Origin: the human T2T-CHM13v2.0 reference genome, Homo sapiens
NCBI RefSeq assembly: GCF_009914755.1
Contig: NC_060925.1
DNA: 64,000 nt
Reading direction: 5' to 3' (one strand)
Shown one piece after another: positions 42,061-63,823 of this stretch (position 1 is its first letter; the number at the start of each line of letters is the position of its first letter). The translations under genes were made by a program, and so were the position numbers. A model generated the notes under the pieces. It searched no databases. It saw only the letters and a list, made by a program, of their open reading frames with translations, and was not told the origin of the DNA.

Positions 42061-42124
42061 AAGTTTTGTACTTCTTTTTGTATAGCTGGGCGTGGTGGTG
42101 CACATCTGTAATCCCAGCTACTCA

Positions 42125-42265
<141 letters not shown>

Positions 42266-42861
42266 TCACACATGTACCAAGATAAACTCTAACTAGATCA
42301 TTAATTTACTCTTTTTTCTCTACCCCTGTGACAGATTAAGGATCAGAGATTTAAATGTAAAAAAGACGAAACCATAGAAGTTCTAGAAAAAAAACATGAG
42401 GGAATTTTCCCATGATTGAAAATTAATATGCAATAATTTTTTAACAGTTGGTCAATTTGACAAAATCTAAAAATTGAAAATTTTCATATGGCAAAAATAT
42501 CATAAAGCACAGTAAAAGACAAACTGGAAAAAAATTTACAATTTATATCACAGACCAAGAGCTAATATTCCTAATGTATAAAGAGTTTCTACATGTAGAA
42601 AAGAAAAAGAACAAACATGCTAATAGAGAAATGAGCAAAAGAAATAAAAATAATTTGGAGAAAAACTGCAAATGGCCACAAAACATATGAAAAACTATTC
42701 AACACTGCTCACAATAAGAAAAATGCAAATTAAAATTGATGCTGGGCACAGTGGCTCACGCCTGTAATCCCAGCACTTTGGGAGGCCAAGGTGGGGCGGA
42801 TCACTTGAGGTCAGGAGTTCGAGACCAGCCTGGCCAACATGGTGAAACCTTATCTCTACTA

Positions 42862-43077
<216 letters not shown>

Positions 43078-43091
43078 TTATTTCTCACCTA

Positions 43092-43496
<405 letters not shown>

Positions 43497-43740
43497 TTAT
43501 GGAGGAGAAGTTGGCATGTCTAGTGACATCGAGCAAAATCACACTTGCATTACCCTTTGTCCCAGCATCCCTAGTTGGAGGAATAGATTCCAAAGAAACC
43601 TACCAAGAATACAGAAGTCATATGCACAGGCTGTTTACTACAGCAGCCTTTATTATTACAAGATATTGGAAACACCCCAAGTGTTTATCAAGAGAGGACT
43701 GACTCAATAAGCAATGATCCAGCCTCACAATGGAGAGCTA

Positions 43741-44561
<821 letters not shown>

Positions 44562-45699
44562 GTGTGTATACACACATACGTACATATTTCCTTATACAAA
44601 AAAAATTTAAAAATAAAATAAAATAAACAGCATCCTAGGTACCTGAGGATGAAAACATCCATCTAAGCCTGAATCTCTCCAACAAGACCTCCAAAAAAAC
44701 ATGCAGAAGAACCAGGAGAGAAAAATAAAGCCACCCTTAACCAGCCTACAGCATGACCTGAAGACAGAGAACGCTGGAACCTTTGAATTACATGGAAGTA
44801 CAGAGATAAACCCCCAAGTGCAGCAGACAGCCCCGGAGCCACCCCATGGGGAGGTAAGCAGAGAGCATCCAGGACAGCATGGGGCGAGGAGGAATGAGGT
44901 GATGGAAGGCAGGGTGCAGTCCCTCCACAAGGAGCAAGACAATCCTAAAAACGGATCTGAAACCTGAAAATGAGAAACTGATGGAAGAGACCAGTACGTG
45001 TGCAGGACCAGAGGAGTTAGTCTCCGGAAGGTGCTGCATTTAGAAGTGGGAAGCGCCCTTGAGGTGGAAACTGAAAGTCCTGCAGAAACAAGAGAAAACC
45101 ACAAAAGACAACCACCACCAAAAAAATAAGCTTTCACCCCCAAGATTTTTGCCCCCTGTTTTTGTGCCTGTGAATATGGTATCTTCCTTGGCAAAAAAAA
45201 AAAAAAAAAAAGGACTTTGCAGCCAGGTGCAGTGGCTGATGCCTGTAATCCCGGCACTTTGGGAGGCTGAGGCCGGCAGATCATTTGAACTCAGGAGTTC
45301 GAGACCAGCCTGGGCAACATGGCAAAACCCCTTCTCTACAAAACAATTAGCTGGGTGCAGTGGCATGCGCCTGCAGTCCCAGCTACCTGGGAGGCTGAGG
45401 CAAGAGAATCGTTTGAGCCTGGGACAGCCAGCGTAACACAGCAAGACCCCCAGGAGTTTGAGACCAGCCTGGGTAACATAGCAAGACCCCTCCGCTACAA
45501 AAAATAATAATAATAAAAAAATTAGCCAGGCGTGGTGGTGCATACCTGTAGTCCCAGCTACTCAGGAGGCTGAGGCAGGAGGATTTCTTGAGCCCAGGAG
45601 GTCAAGGCTGCAGTGAGCTATGATTGTGCCACTGCACTCCAGCCTGGGCGACAGAGTGAGACCCTATCTCAAAATAAAATGAAAAATAAAAATAAAAGC

Positions 45700-46170
45700 A
45701 ACAGAGAAGGCAGAGAGGCAGGCAGGAGAGATGTGGTAGAAGAGATGCTTCTGAAAGATGAGGCAGGAGTGGAGTCAGAGACATTCCACGCGTGAGAGGG
45801 ACTGCTTCCCACTCTGGCTGTCTTTGCAGGGATCCAGGAGCCCAGGAATGCAGGCGGTGTCTAGAAGCCAAGAGTGACCCACAGTCGACAGTCAGCAAAA
45901 AGATGGGGACTTCAGTCCCGCAACCAACCTCATTGGACTAAATTGTGCCAACACCTGAAATGAGTGTGGACAAGGATTCTTCCCCTAGAACCTCCTGAAA
46001 GAAGTCCAGCCCTGCTAACACCTTGATTTCAGCCTTGTGGAATTCTAAGCAGAGAAGCCAGCCCCACTGTACCTGGACTCTGACCTACAGAACTGTGAGA
46101 TGATATGTTTGTGTATATTAAGTAAGTAAATTTATAGTAATTTGTTAACACAGCAATAGGAAACAAATCA
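45700..46170 (+). mobile_element. MLT1-family LTR fragment
   Basis: GATTCTTCCCCTAGAACCTCC...ACACCTTGATTTCAGCC...CAGAACTGTGAGA...CAGCAATAGGAAAC signature. Confidence 0.8.
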
Positions 46171-46182
46171 GAGATCGATTGA

Positions 46183-46554
<372 letters not shown>

Positions 46555-47126
46555 TGAAGAAAATTCTCCCCGAAAGCACAAGCTCACAGAACCAAGCCAG
46601 CAGATAAAAATGTAACACAAGGCCAAGTGCAGTGGCTCACACCTGTAATCCCAGCAGTTTGGAAGGCCGAGGCGGGAGGATTGTTTGAGCCCAAGGGTTC
46701 AAGGTTATGGTGAGCTATGATCGTGCCACTGCACTTCAGCCTGGGTGACAGAGTGAGACTCTTAAAAATAAGAAATAAAAAATAACTCCAATTAGAATAC
46801 ATTTGAATAAAACGTTCTTAAACAGGCATTCACAGGTATGAACATTTCTAATCCAAAATTGAAAAACTTAGAAAGGGACAAAAAAATCAAGAAGATATGA
46901 AATAGGACATCAATGAAAAGAAAGGAAAAAATATTAGAAATGTAGACCTAATTCAAGATATCTACGGGAGAATGAATTCAACTGGAAATATAACAAGGAG
47001 CATTAAGAAAAGATATAAAAATAGCCAAGAAAGGCCAGGCATGGTGGCTCACACCTGTAATCCCAGCACTTTGGGAGGCTGAGGTGGGCGAATCATGAGG
47101 TCAGGAGATTGAGACCATCCTGGCTA

Positions 47127-47517
<391 letters not shown>

Positions 47518-48284
47518 TTACAGCATGCGCCACCACGCCGGACTAATTTTTGTATTTTTTTTAGTAGAGACGGCATTTCACCATGTTGGCCAGGCTGGTC
47601 TTGAACTCCTGACCTCCAGTGACCCTCCCATCTCAGCCTCCCAAAGTGCTGGGATTACAGGCGAGAGCCACCGCGCCCAGCCAAAAGAGGCAAAGTTTTA
47701 TGCTTGGCAAGATCCTTAGGATGCCAGGACGGTGGTGGGGGCGAGGGGGTGGGGAGGACCCTGCAGATGGCCAAGGAGCCATCATGAGGATCAGGAGACC
47801 CGGACAGCACAGAGAAAGCTCCAAAGGCAGTGCACATGACCCTCACCGTGGGCAGAATCACGCTCTCCCTGACTCAGGCCTCACTCCCTTTCTCCAGCCA
47901 CATCTGCCCATTCTCTGCTCCTAGAAGATGCTGACCTCACTCCTGCTTCAGGCTCCATCCCAATGCTCCTCCTCATGCCACCCAGCACTGGTTCTCTCTC
48001 TCAGTTCCCCCAGAAGTCTCTACCTCCAGGAGAATGTCCCTGTCCCCCACCTGTGGTAGCCCAGGTCCTTCTGAGGTTCCCAGTCTGGGTGCTCGTTTCA
48101 TGGGCATGCTTTGTGGAAAGCACTTCGTAGAAATGAATCAAGTTGTGCGTTTGTAATTTGTGCACTTAACCATCAACAAAAATGAGAACATAAAAACGGA
48201 GTTGTCTCGCCCTGGTATTCTCTTCACAGTACTGACCACTCCTCAATATTCTCTTACTTATTTCTCTCCTGTGTTATTTCTTAC

Positions 48285-48408
48285 ACACACGCACACCCAC
48301 ACACACACACAACACATACCCGCATGCATGCACACACATACAACATACCCGCATGCGTGCACACACATACAACATACCCGCATGCGTGCACACACACAAC
48401 ACACACAC
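48285..48408. repeat. CA-rich tract containing three copies of a 29-nt unit
   Basis: CATACCCGCATGC starts at 48315, 48344 and 48373. Confidence 0.9.
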
Positions 48409-48843
48409 TGGGAGGCAAGCTCCACAGCGACAGGGACACATCTGTCACTGTGACTGCTCTGCCTGCCAGCATCAGAACAGGGTGTGTCACACTGCAGGCA
48501 CTTAATAAGTGCTTTCCAGCCTGGGCAATATGGTGAGACCCTGCCTGTCCAAAAAATTTAATAAAGTAGCCAGGTGTGGTGGTGCACATCTGTAGTCTCA
48601 GCTACTCGGGAGACTGAGACAGGAAGATGGCTTGATTCTGGGAGGTGAGCTGATTGTACCACTGCACTGCAGCCTGGGCGACAGAGAGACCCTGTCTCTA
48701 AAAATAAATAATAAATGCATGCATGCCTGCTGTGTAAAGAGTAGAGGGCTGCCTGGCTTCCTACAAGGTGTAGGGATGCCTGGATCGGGGGGTCTCACCC
48801 ATCTCTGGGCAGCTGGGCATGGGGGGCTGCATCTGGGCCTCAC

Positions 48844-49075
48844 CTTCCTCTGCATCTTCTCCAGCAGCTTGCTCTTGGCCCGCACTTCCTCCTGGATGGA
48901 GTCGTAGACGTTAAGCAGCACCCAGTCCCCGCTGTCCTCATCCGAGTTCTGCAGGGCAGCCACCAGCTGCTTCCTGCGCTCGTCTGCGTAGCGCTTGCGC
49001 CGCTTGTGCTTCTCCTTCAGGTCCTTGTTCTTGGCCTGCTCTCCACCCACAACCTGCTGCTCCAACAGCTGCAGA
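48844..49075 (-). CDS. KIF17: KIF17 exon 11 (coiled coil)
   Basis: LQLLEQQVVGGEQAKNKDLKEKHKRRKRYADERRKQLVAALQNSDEDSGDWVLLNVYDSIQEEVRAKSKLLEKMQRK; 232 nt. Confidence 0.96.
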
Positions 49076-49613
49076 CTGCCGGCGTGGAGGAGAAAGCAAA
49101 CAAGACAATATCTGCCCATCACCGAGCACGTGCCATCCAGCAGGCTCCAGGCTATGCGTGGGCCCCCCAGATCCTTCCAACAACCCCACTTCACAGGGAG
49201 GGAAACCGAGGCTCGGCGACAGGACGCTGCTTGCTCAGGGTCACAACCAGGATTCCTGCCCAACTCCCTGCCTGTGCACTTGACCACAGTGGCAGGTCAG
49301 GGCGGGAATCTTCCTGTGGGCTCAGCTAACCCACCCCTGACCCGTGGACTTCCCACGCTGGTGCTCCCTGCAGCTGAGCAGGCTAGTTCTGTGTCTAAGG
49401 CCACTGGCATGATGAGAAGAACCCTGGGTTGTGAAAAATGTTCAATACACTCAGCGCACAATATTTAATCAGGCAGGGACATGCACAATACATTGTTAAG
49501 ACTATTTATGTCCAAAATGCTCAAAAACGTTTAGAGTTTTGTCCTTTAGAGGTACAAATTTTTGGCTGGGTGCAGTGGCTCACGCCTGTAATCCCAGCAC
49601 TTTGGGAGGCCTA

Positions 49614-49887
<274 letters not shown>

Positions 49888-50999
49888 TCAGGATGGAGCC
49901 CAAGCACCCGAGGAGGGCACATAGGGTCTTCCCTCTATCTCCCCTGCACCCCACTCTGCGGTTCACTCCAGCTTTCACTCACGGCTGGCACGTCTCCAAA
50001 TGCCCGGGCCGGGTCCCACCTCCACACCTTTGCAGGTGCTGTGCCCTTTCTCTAGGATGCCACCCCTGCAGCAAACCTTTTTCAGCTGTCTCCACTTCTG
50101 TGAAGGCCCCCCAGCCTTCCCTCCACACCACACTGTGAAAACAGCCAGGACATGTGCCAAGTGTTTACTGCGTGCCCAGCGCGGGGCTGCCACGCTGCAG
50201 GCAATGCCCATTTTGACCCTCACCACAAGCTTCTCACACTGGGACTACTGATATCGCCCATTCTGAAGATGGGCAGTGAAGGCACAGAGAGGTTGCAAGT
50301 TGGCCCGAGGTGGCAGAGCTAGTGGAGGAGGCAGGCTGGGAACTGCTAGAGAACAGGACCCTCTTGGCCCTGCCTGTCCTCCGCCCTGGCCTGTGGGCCC
50401 TTGGGGCTGAGGCAGCAGCTTGCTCATCCTTGTGTCCTGGGCCCAGCACTCAGGGGTCGCTCAGTGTTTGAACTGTGGCCTCTGGGACTGGGTCTCCGCC
50501 TGTTGAACCCCTGGATGACCACGACATGGAGGTCGGGCTGACATCATCATTAACGGAAGTGAGAACCGAGGCTCAGAAAAGTTAAGTAACCTAACAAAGC
50601 CACACGGCAAGTGAGGAAAGCCCAGCTCCCCCGGCGGTCCCAGAGAGTGCCTGGGGATGGCTTGTCCTGTGGGTGAGTGGGTCTCACATTCAGGAGGGCA
50701 CTGGAGGCCAGGGGGCTGGGGGCTTGGCTGGGATGGGAGAAAAGCCTGCGACACTCTGCCCTGGGACTCCTGAAACCTGAAGGCCAGCAGGCCTGACAAG
50801 GGATGCTGGTGGCAGCCTGTGTCTGGAGCAGAGCCCTGCCCGCCTAGTCCCCACTGCGCCTGGAGAGAGGATCAGGGCCGCCCTGCCAAGTTAGAAGGGA
50901 GAGCTGGGAGGAAGCTATGGCACCCCCGCCTCCATCCTGGAAGGCAGCCCCTTCCCACCTCACCGTGGGGTCCCGCCAGCCCCATGCTCTGCTGCTTAC

Positions 51000-51211
51000 C
51001 GGGCCAGCACCTGCTGCTGGTCCACAACGGGCAGCGGGTCATCAGTCAGCACTGCCACCTCCATGCCCACGCTCTCCCTCTTCACACCAGCTGTGGCCGG
51101 CAGGGGCTCAGGCTGAGCCACCAGGGCCACCGGGGCCTGAGCCTCCAACCACACGCCAGGCTCTGCTGTCCGCACCACCTCTAAGGCCACTTCCGAGGCC
51201 AGATCTACCTC
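51000..51211 (-). CDS. KIF17: KIF17 exon 10
   Basis: EVDLASEVALEVVRTAEPG...DDPLPVVDQQQVLAR; donor GTAAGC; 212 nt. Confidence 0.94.
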
Positions 51212-52236
51212 CTGAGTGTGAAGAGAAACCCAGGTGGAGGTGGGAAGGCCGCCCCAACCCCCGCCGACAGCTCCCAGGTGGCTCAATCCCAGACGGGGCC
51301 ATTCCGCCTGCTGCAGCCCCGACAGATCACCTCCAGCTCAGGGACACCAGTGACACAAAAACACGCCCTGTTGAGTTCTTACTGCCGCTATTCCCACTGA
51401 CACCCCCACGCTAGGAGGAAGGCTCCCAGCTTCCTCTCTCACCTCCCACAATCCAGTCTCCACAGGCAGCCAGGGCCATCTTAAAATAGAAACCGATCAC
51501 ATCCCGTTCCCGATGAGCCCCATGTGACTTCCCGTCACGTTCGCAGGAAAGTCCACTTTCCTCCCTGCCGGCTCCCTGCCTCCACGGCCTCCCCCGCCAC
51601 CGTGGCCTCCTTTTCCATTGCTAAGAAAGTCAAGGTCTTTCCAGCCATAGGACCTTGGCACTTGCTATCCCCTCTGCTTGCTGCTTCCCCCCGTCCCTCC
51701 TTCACGCCTGGGTCCCACCCCAGAGTCACTTCCTAGCCAGGGCTGCCCCGGCTGCTCCATCTACGCCCTGCTGAGAGCCTGCTGCAGGCCCCGTGCCCAG
51801 CCCACACTTGAGTCCAAACTGTCTTCTTCCTCTATAAATGTAGGGAGATTTAAAGCTTCCTCTCCTTTTGCTCCCCTGGGGTGTTCAAATTGGGTTCCCC
51901 GATGGTGTCATAGGGGCCACCAGCCCTGACCTGCAGCCCTCGTCCTTTGCACACACTGGGCCTCAATTCCTTTACACAAAGGGCGACAAGGCTAAGGAAG
52001 GTTTGAAAGCCACCATCTAGAACAACAGGCCACTTTCACTCCATAAGAAGAAGATGATGGTTCCTCCCACTGCACACTGCCTGGCCACGGGCCACAAGCC
52101 CGGGGAAGGCTGGAGTTGTTGTTCTCAGCTCATGGATGAGGAAACTGAAGCTCAGGGAGGGAGAAGACAAGCTGGAGTTTCCCAGGAAGTTGAAGAGAAC
52201 CCCGTCCCCCACATGGAGGCCCGGGGAGGTACTCAC

Positions 52237-52317
52237 AGGCCTGGGCGGGAAGTCATCAGCCGCCTCGGCTTCGGGCCTGGCATCACTGGGCTCCAGCAGG
52301 TCTGTCGGCGCAGGGAC
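52237..52317 (-). CDS. KIF17: KIF17 exon 9
   Basis: VPAPTDLLEPSDARPEAEAADDFPPRP; strong pyrimidine tract, GTGAGT donor; 81 nt. Confidence 0.93.
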
Positions 52318-52764
52318 CTGGGAGGAAAGAGGGGATGGAGGAGAAAGAAGGCTGATTTGGGCCAGAACCATCCTTTACTCCCTCACCCCTGGCCTCACTT
52401 CAACTCCCCAAGGCCTCCCACCACCCCCCAACCTCCCCTGCCTGTCACTCCCGAGAGAAGGAGCACAAAGGAGGGAAGAGATGAGGGAGAGAACAGGGAA
52501 GAGAGGAAACGGAAGACAGGCGTGTGGTGGGCACCTGCTGTGTGCCAGGAGCGTTGCCTGCATCCACTCCTCTGAAGCAACCTCATTTTACAGATGAGGA
52601 AACCCAGCCCAGAAAGGTCACACAACCAAGGAAGTGGTAGACCTGGGATCTCTCTCTCTAAATACACACACACAGACACACACACACAAAATACACACAC
52701 ACACACAGAGGAAAGGAAAGCAGAGAACAAAGAGAGGAGAAAATAGGACTTTTTTTTTCTTTGA

Positions 52765-52872
<108 letters not shown>

Positions 52873-53576
52873 TAGCTGGGATTACAGGTGCACGCCACCA
52901 CACCTGGCTAATTTTTATATTTTAGGTAGAAATGGGGTTTCACTTCACCATGTTGGCCAGGCCGGTCTTGAACTCCTGGCCTCAGGTGATCCACCCACCT
53001 CGGTCTCCCAAAGTTCTGGGATTACAGGCGTGAGCCAATGTGCCTGGCCAAGAGGAACATTGTTTTAAAAACAAGAGGGTTGTTGAAAAGGGAGAAGATG
53101 TTGGTCAGGGGGCCAGATGGAGGAAGAGCAGTATCCCAGAAGCCTCGTGGTCACTGAAAGGTGGCTGGATTCCCACAGACCCCCCACCCAGCTCACTACA
53201 GAGCTCACGAGCCAGTGAGCGTCGCCCAGGGCTCCGTCAGGCCTGGACACTCACTGTAACCATGGCAACTGGGCAAACGCCCTGTACAGCTGTCCCTCCA
53301 TCTGCAGAACGGGAGCCCACCTGGCATAACCTTGCATCGCGACCCCAACTTTCTTATTGAATTACAGAGCATGAGACAGAGCTTCTCCTTCCCTAACCCC
53401 TGGACACCAGTGCCCCTGAGCCAGCCACCAGTGCCAGAGCCGCAGCAGACACAGTGGAGCCACGGCCTGAGTGTCGGAGGCCATGTGTGTGAACAGTGTG
53501 TGCACAGTGAGCTCCGGGCCCTGGGCAAGCTCTGCCTGCTCAGTGTTCACATGGCACCATGCGTGACATCAGCTAC

Positions 53577-54133
53577 CTGCACAGGGACCTTGGGGACGTC
53601 TGCCTGGGGTGCATCTGTCCTGGCCACGGTGGAGGAGAGTCTGGCCAGCTTGGCTTCCACCTCGGCAAACGGGTCCTGCAGGCCTAGTAACCCCTGCAGG
53701 GGCACCTCCTGCGGCTCCTCTTGCGGGAGGTAGTTCTGTTCCCCCAGCAGGTGCCCAGCGGCCTCCTGCCCGAGGCACTCATCCAGGAAGTATCTGCTCC
53801 TGGACTCCTCAGTGGGCATGGAGACCTCCACGTTGGAGGGCTCCTCAGGCCCAGGGAAAGCCTCGGACACAGAGGTTTCTTCGAGCGAGGATGACTCACT
53901 GGAGCCCAGAGAAATCTCAGATTTGGAGGGTTCCACCTTGGGCAGCTCCGCAAACCTGGAGGAAACCTGAGTCTTGGAGACATCGTCACTGGGCAGAGTG
54001 TCAGTCGTGGAGAAGACCTTGGGTTTCACCACTGTCTCATACTGAAAAGCAGGCGGGTACTCAGCGCTGCTGGCAAACTCAGCCCTGGACATGACCTCAG
54101 CCTTGTAGAGGACTCCCACCTGCAGGACAGCCT
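53577..54133 (-). CDS. KIF17: KIF17 exon 8 (acidic/Ser-rich stalk)
   Basis: (E)AVLQVGVLYKAEVMSRAEFASSAEYPPAF...DVPKVPVQ; 557 nt, phase 1 to 0. Confidence 0.95.
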
Positions 54134-55467
54134 CTGCAAAATGGAGAACTTCCTTCAGGTTTTTAAAGGGTCAGAATGAGAGACCCTTCCCTAGAAGGTG
54201 GCTCCAAGCCCAGTGTGTTGTTTTTTTTGTTTGTTTTTTTTTTGTTTTTTTTTGAGACAGAGTCTTGCTCTGTCGCCCGGGCTGGAGTGCAGTGGTGCGA
54301 TCTCAGCTCACTGAAAGCTCTGCCTCCCAGGTTCATGCCATTCTCCTGCCTCGGCCTCCCGAGTAGCTGGGAGTACAGGCACCCGCCACCATGCCTGGCT
54401 AATTTTTTTTGTATTTTTAGTAGAGACAGGGTTTCACCATGTTAGCCAGGATGGTCTCGATCTCCTGACCTCGTGATCCGCCCCCACTCGGCCTCCCAAA
54501 GTGCTGGGATTACAGGCATGAGCCACCGCGCCTGGCCCAAGCCCACTGTTTCTAAAAGACCAGCTTAAGAGTCAGAGCCTCCCAGACCCTCCAGAGGCTG
54601 GCTACAGCCTGCCTGCCTTCCCATCTCTGCTTTTATCAGAACCCAAACCCTACCACCTTCCACCTCTTCCAGGAAGCCTTCCCTGACCAACGCTGGGATT
54701 CCTCCATTTTCTGACCTCCACAGCCACTGAGTGCTGGGCTCTTAAGTCACACCCAGCCTTGGGACCACTCTTCGCACACTGGCAGGCTTCCTGGGGCCTT
54801 GTTGCCTTCCAAGGCTGAGAGCTCAGCAGATTTCATGCCCGGGTGCCCTCGGAGCCCTCACTGGAGTGGCCAGCCCAGGGCTCTTGTCCACTGGATATGC
54901 TAGATCCACGGGAGCTAAATGAATGCTGTGGATGAATGTCAGAGCTCCAGAAGCCAGACGAAGATCTGCTGGAGGCCTCATATTCAATCTGGACTGGAGG
55001 GAACACTCCAAAGGGCATAAAATGCTAGAATCTGCTCCCTCCCCTTCCCCTGGGTCTCCTCCAGGAGCGCGTCTCCCTTGCAGCGGAGACAGGGCTGCAT
55101 TCACATGGGCCCCTTAGTGCTCCAGTTCAGGGGGCTCCCGGCGCCTCTCATACCTCCCACCCATTTCTTTATCGTTATGTCCCAGACTCCTGTAAGAGGG
55201 TCTTGATTTTTCCCTTTGCTGAAATATGGCACCCACTCCCTAGCTAAATGGCCTGGATCTCTCTCAGCCTTGGTTTCCACACAGTTATGGGAGGATTCAG
55301 GGAGTCCTACCTCGCTGGACTGGGGAGACCAGAGGCTCAGTGAGGAGGTGCAGGTAAAGCACCCACACAGTACCCGGCACGTGGTAATGTGCCAACAAGC
55401 GGTACCGACGGTGCGATCAGTATCATCATCATTCCAGGCCTGGATTCTACACTATTCATGAGTGCTA

Positions 55468-55905
<438 letters not shown>

Positions 55906-56374
55906 CTAAGGATTAAATCCTTATTATGGAATGTGTTTGCTTTGCTAACAGAGAGGCTCAAAAGTAAGAGGAGACCGGAAAACAGCAATTCGGGGCAGGG
56001 ACTGGCCTCTAAAGAAAGGGTGGCACTTCACAGCTCACAGTCAGCCTTGAGCTGGGGCCCAGTCCATGGCTAAGCCATCCCAGTGCAGTGCTGTGGGTGA
56101 GAACACTGGCTCTGGGGCCAGACTGCTTGGGTTCAAATCCTGGCTCTCCTTTACCAGCTGTGTGACCATGGGCAAGTTACCTACCCTCTCTGTGCCTCAG
56201 TTTCCTCATCTATATAGCGAGCATAATTGTGGTACCTACCTTACTGGACCATTGTGAGGATAAAACAGACCTGATCCTCGGGTGTAGAAAATGCTCTGTG
56301 ATGCAGTTACTGCAGTGAGGCGGAAAGGAGGCCACCTTCCCTGGAGACAGCCTCGGGGGGCAAGGGGTGCCCAC

Positions 56375-56522
56375 CTGTCTCCTTCCGCAGGTTCTCCTCC
56401 AGCGTGGACAGCCTGACGTCATATGAGTTGCGCATGGCAGTGATGTCTTCCTCCAGCCTGGCCCGAGACTCCTGCTCGGCCTTATAGTCGGCTTTCAGCC
56501 GGGCCAGGCGCTCTTCATACTC
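56375..56522 (-). CDS. KIF17: KIF17 exon 7 (coiled coil); upstream motor-domain exons lie beyond the window
   Basis: EYEERLARLKADYKAEQESRARLEEDITAMRNSYDVRLSTLEENLRKET; 148 nt; exon numbering from recall. Confidence 0.94.
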
Positions 56523-56665
56523 CTGGGGGGGTGGGAGGGACCAGAGGGCAGGCAGCATTTTATCATCATTTTGAAACCCAGCTTTCAGTATTCCTTTTTG
56601 GTTATTCAAACAATACAGAACCTATAAGTAAGCCAAGAGAATCCAATGGTACAACACTGTGATAA

Positions 56666-61675
<5,010 letters not shown>

Positions 61676-63512
61676 CCATTCTCACTTTTAAACATGGGAC
61701 CTGAATCTCAGGCAGGCGGGTTTCGACATGGCTGAGCCCACAGCCCCAGTCCTACCCTTTAGCTCTGTCTTCCCAACCCTCCTCTCCCCCCACATCCCCT
61801 GCCTGGTAAGTCACAGAGAACAGGGAGGTACAGGACTCCCTCACCTTCCCACCCACCTGGAGATCTACCCGGAAGCTCCACCTCCTCTGAACCCACGCCA
61901 CCCAGCTCCAGGACCTTGTGCTTGCAATCCGCCCCCTCCTTCCTATAACCTCGACTTCTCCTTCTGTGCTGGATAATTCCCGACAGTCTACAACACATGC
62001 TCTCTTACTTCCAACATTTAAAGCATGAAAAACCCTTCCTTGGCCCCACATCCCCCTCCGGCTAGAGTGTCCAGCACCCAGCACGCGCTCACAATATGCC
62101 TGTTAAGGACTGAATGGCGGAGCTGACCCCCAGCTCTTGCTTGGTACATGATACACAGCCCGCCAAGGAGATGATGGCCCTTCATTTCATCCTCTTACAT
62201 CCCTAAGAAGCAGCAGGAAATCCGCTATGATGCCTGTTCTGCAGATGAGACAGAGGCTCAGAGAGCTCAAACAACCTGCCCAAGGTCACAGAGCCCATAA
62301 GGATGGACTTGCAGAAGGCTGGACGGACCCTAGGAATCTTCTGGTCCAAACCCCTGGTTCAGACTGGGGACCGGAACCCGGCTCCTGGCCCGTGTCCTCT
62401 TCCCTACACAGAGGGGGCTCCTCCCTTTCCCTGAATGGTTCTGGAATACAAAGGGAAACACGGTCCCAGGAGCATAGCAGGTGCTCAATAAATATGAGAG
62501 TTGAGAAAAAGAACAAATGGCAGGCAGGAGGGACGCAGGGATAGCGGGGTGGGGGAGGGGCACAGACATCTTCAACGCTTCCTCCAAGCATGGCTCACAG
62601 AAGAAACCTCAGGGTTTCTTGGAATCCTGGTGGCGGTGGCGTCAGCCAGCACCACTCTGACGCAGTGTCCACTAGGCCGCCCCACGAGAAGGAGGCAGGC
62701 GACCCCATCCCCAGGGCAGAAGGCACCCCCATCCGTGGCACTCCAGGGACCCGCCAGGAACGGCGTCGCTACTCCCTGGTGACCACCAGGGGGAGGCAGT
62801 GCCCTACTTACTGGACAGCGGGGGCCGCCGGCCCCACCGGGCTTCCCGGGAAGGAAGCCTCCGTCCCCGTCCTGCACAGCCCGCCCCACCCCTCCATCTG
62901 TGACCAGAGCCCCCCGGGCTGTGACTCCGTGTGTGACTCCCAGCCTCCGAGCCCCGCTGTGTGACTCCATGCCCACTCCGAACAACAGCAGGCTGACTTC
63001 TCTGGTTTCTGCGGGCTTGTCTGAGCTCAGCCATCCCCCAGGGCCCCTCCTTGCTAAAGCCTCCCCGGGAGCCTCCCCAGAGCTACAGGAAGGGACCTGA
63101 CACCCGGGCTGGAAACGGCAGTGGAGGGAGAAAGGCAGTGCCCGCTGCCGAGCTCCAGAGCCTGCAGGGGCGGACGGCGTTCACTGGGGGCACCATCGAG
63201 CCTCTCCCCAAACAGCACAGGCCCCGCCCGTCACGTGCAGCGCCCGAGGCTCTTGGATGGATTTCTCCCACGCCTCCGGCCCACAGGACAGAGATCTCCA
63301 CAGTCCTTCTCCTGTCTGCCCCAGAGGCTGGGCCCCAGGTACCCACAGCCCAACAGGGGCTTCTGGGGCCTGAGGACGGACCCCAGTGGGAGGTGGTAGG
63401 TGAGTGGCAGGGGTCCAGCAGCGGATACATCCAGGCCTAGCCCCGGGATAGCTCGTCCTGCCTGGCATCAGGTTTCACATCAGGAAAAGCCAGGGTTCTA
63501 AAGGGACTATCA

Positions 63513-63823
<311 letters not shown>

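Noticed and set aside
44607-45284. 225-aa minus-strand ORF, among the longest in the track
   Set aside because: Starts in an Alu, crosses a poly(T) tract and decayed repeat sequence; low-complexity translation
48300-48408. Regularly spaced repeats as a CRISPR-like array
   Set aside because: Head-to-tail units without unique spacers, no cas genes, mammalian intron
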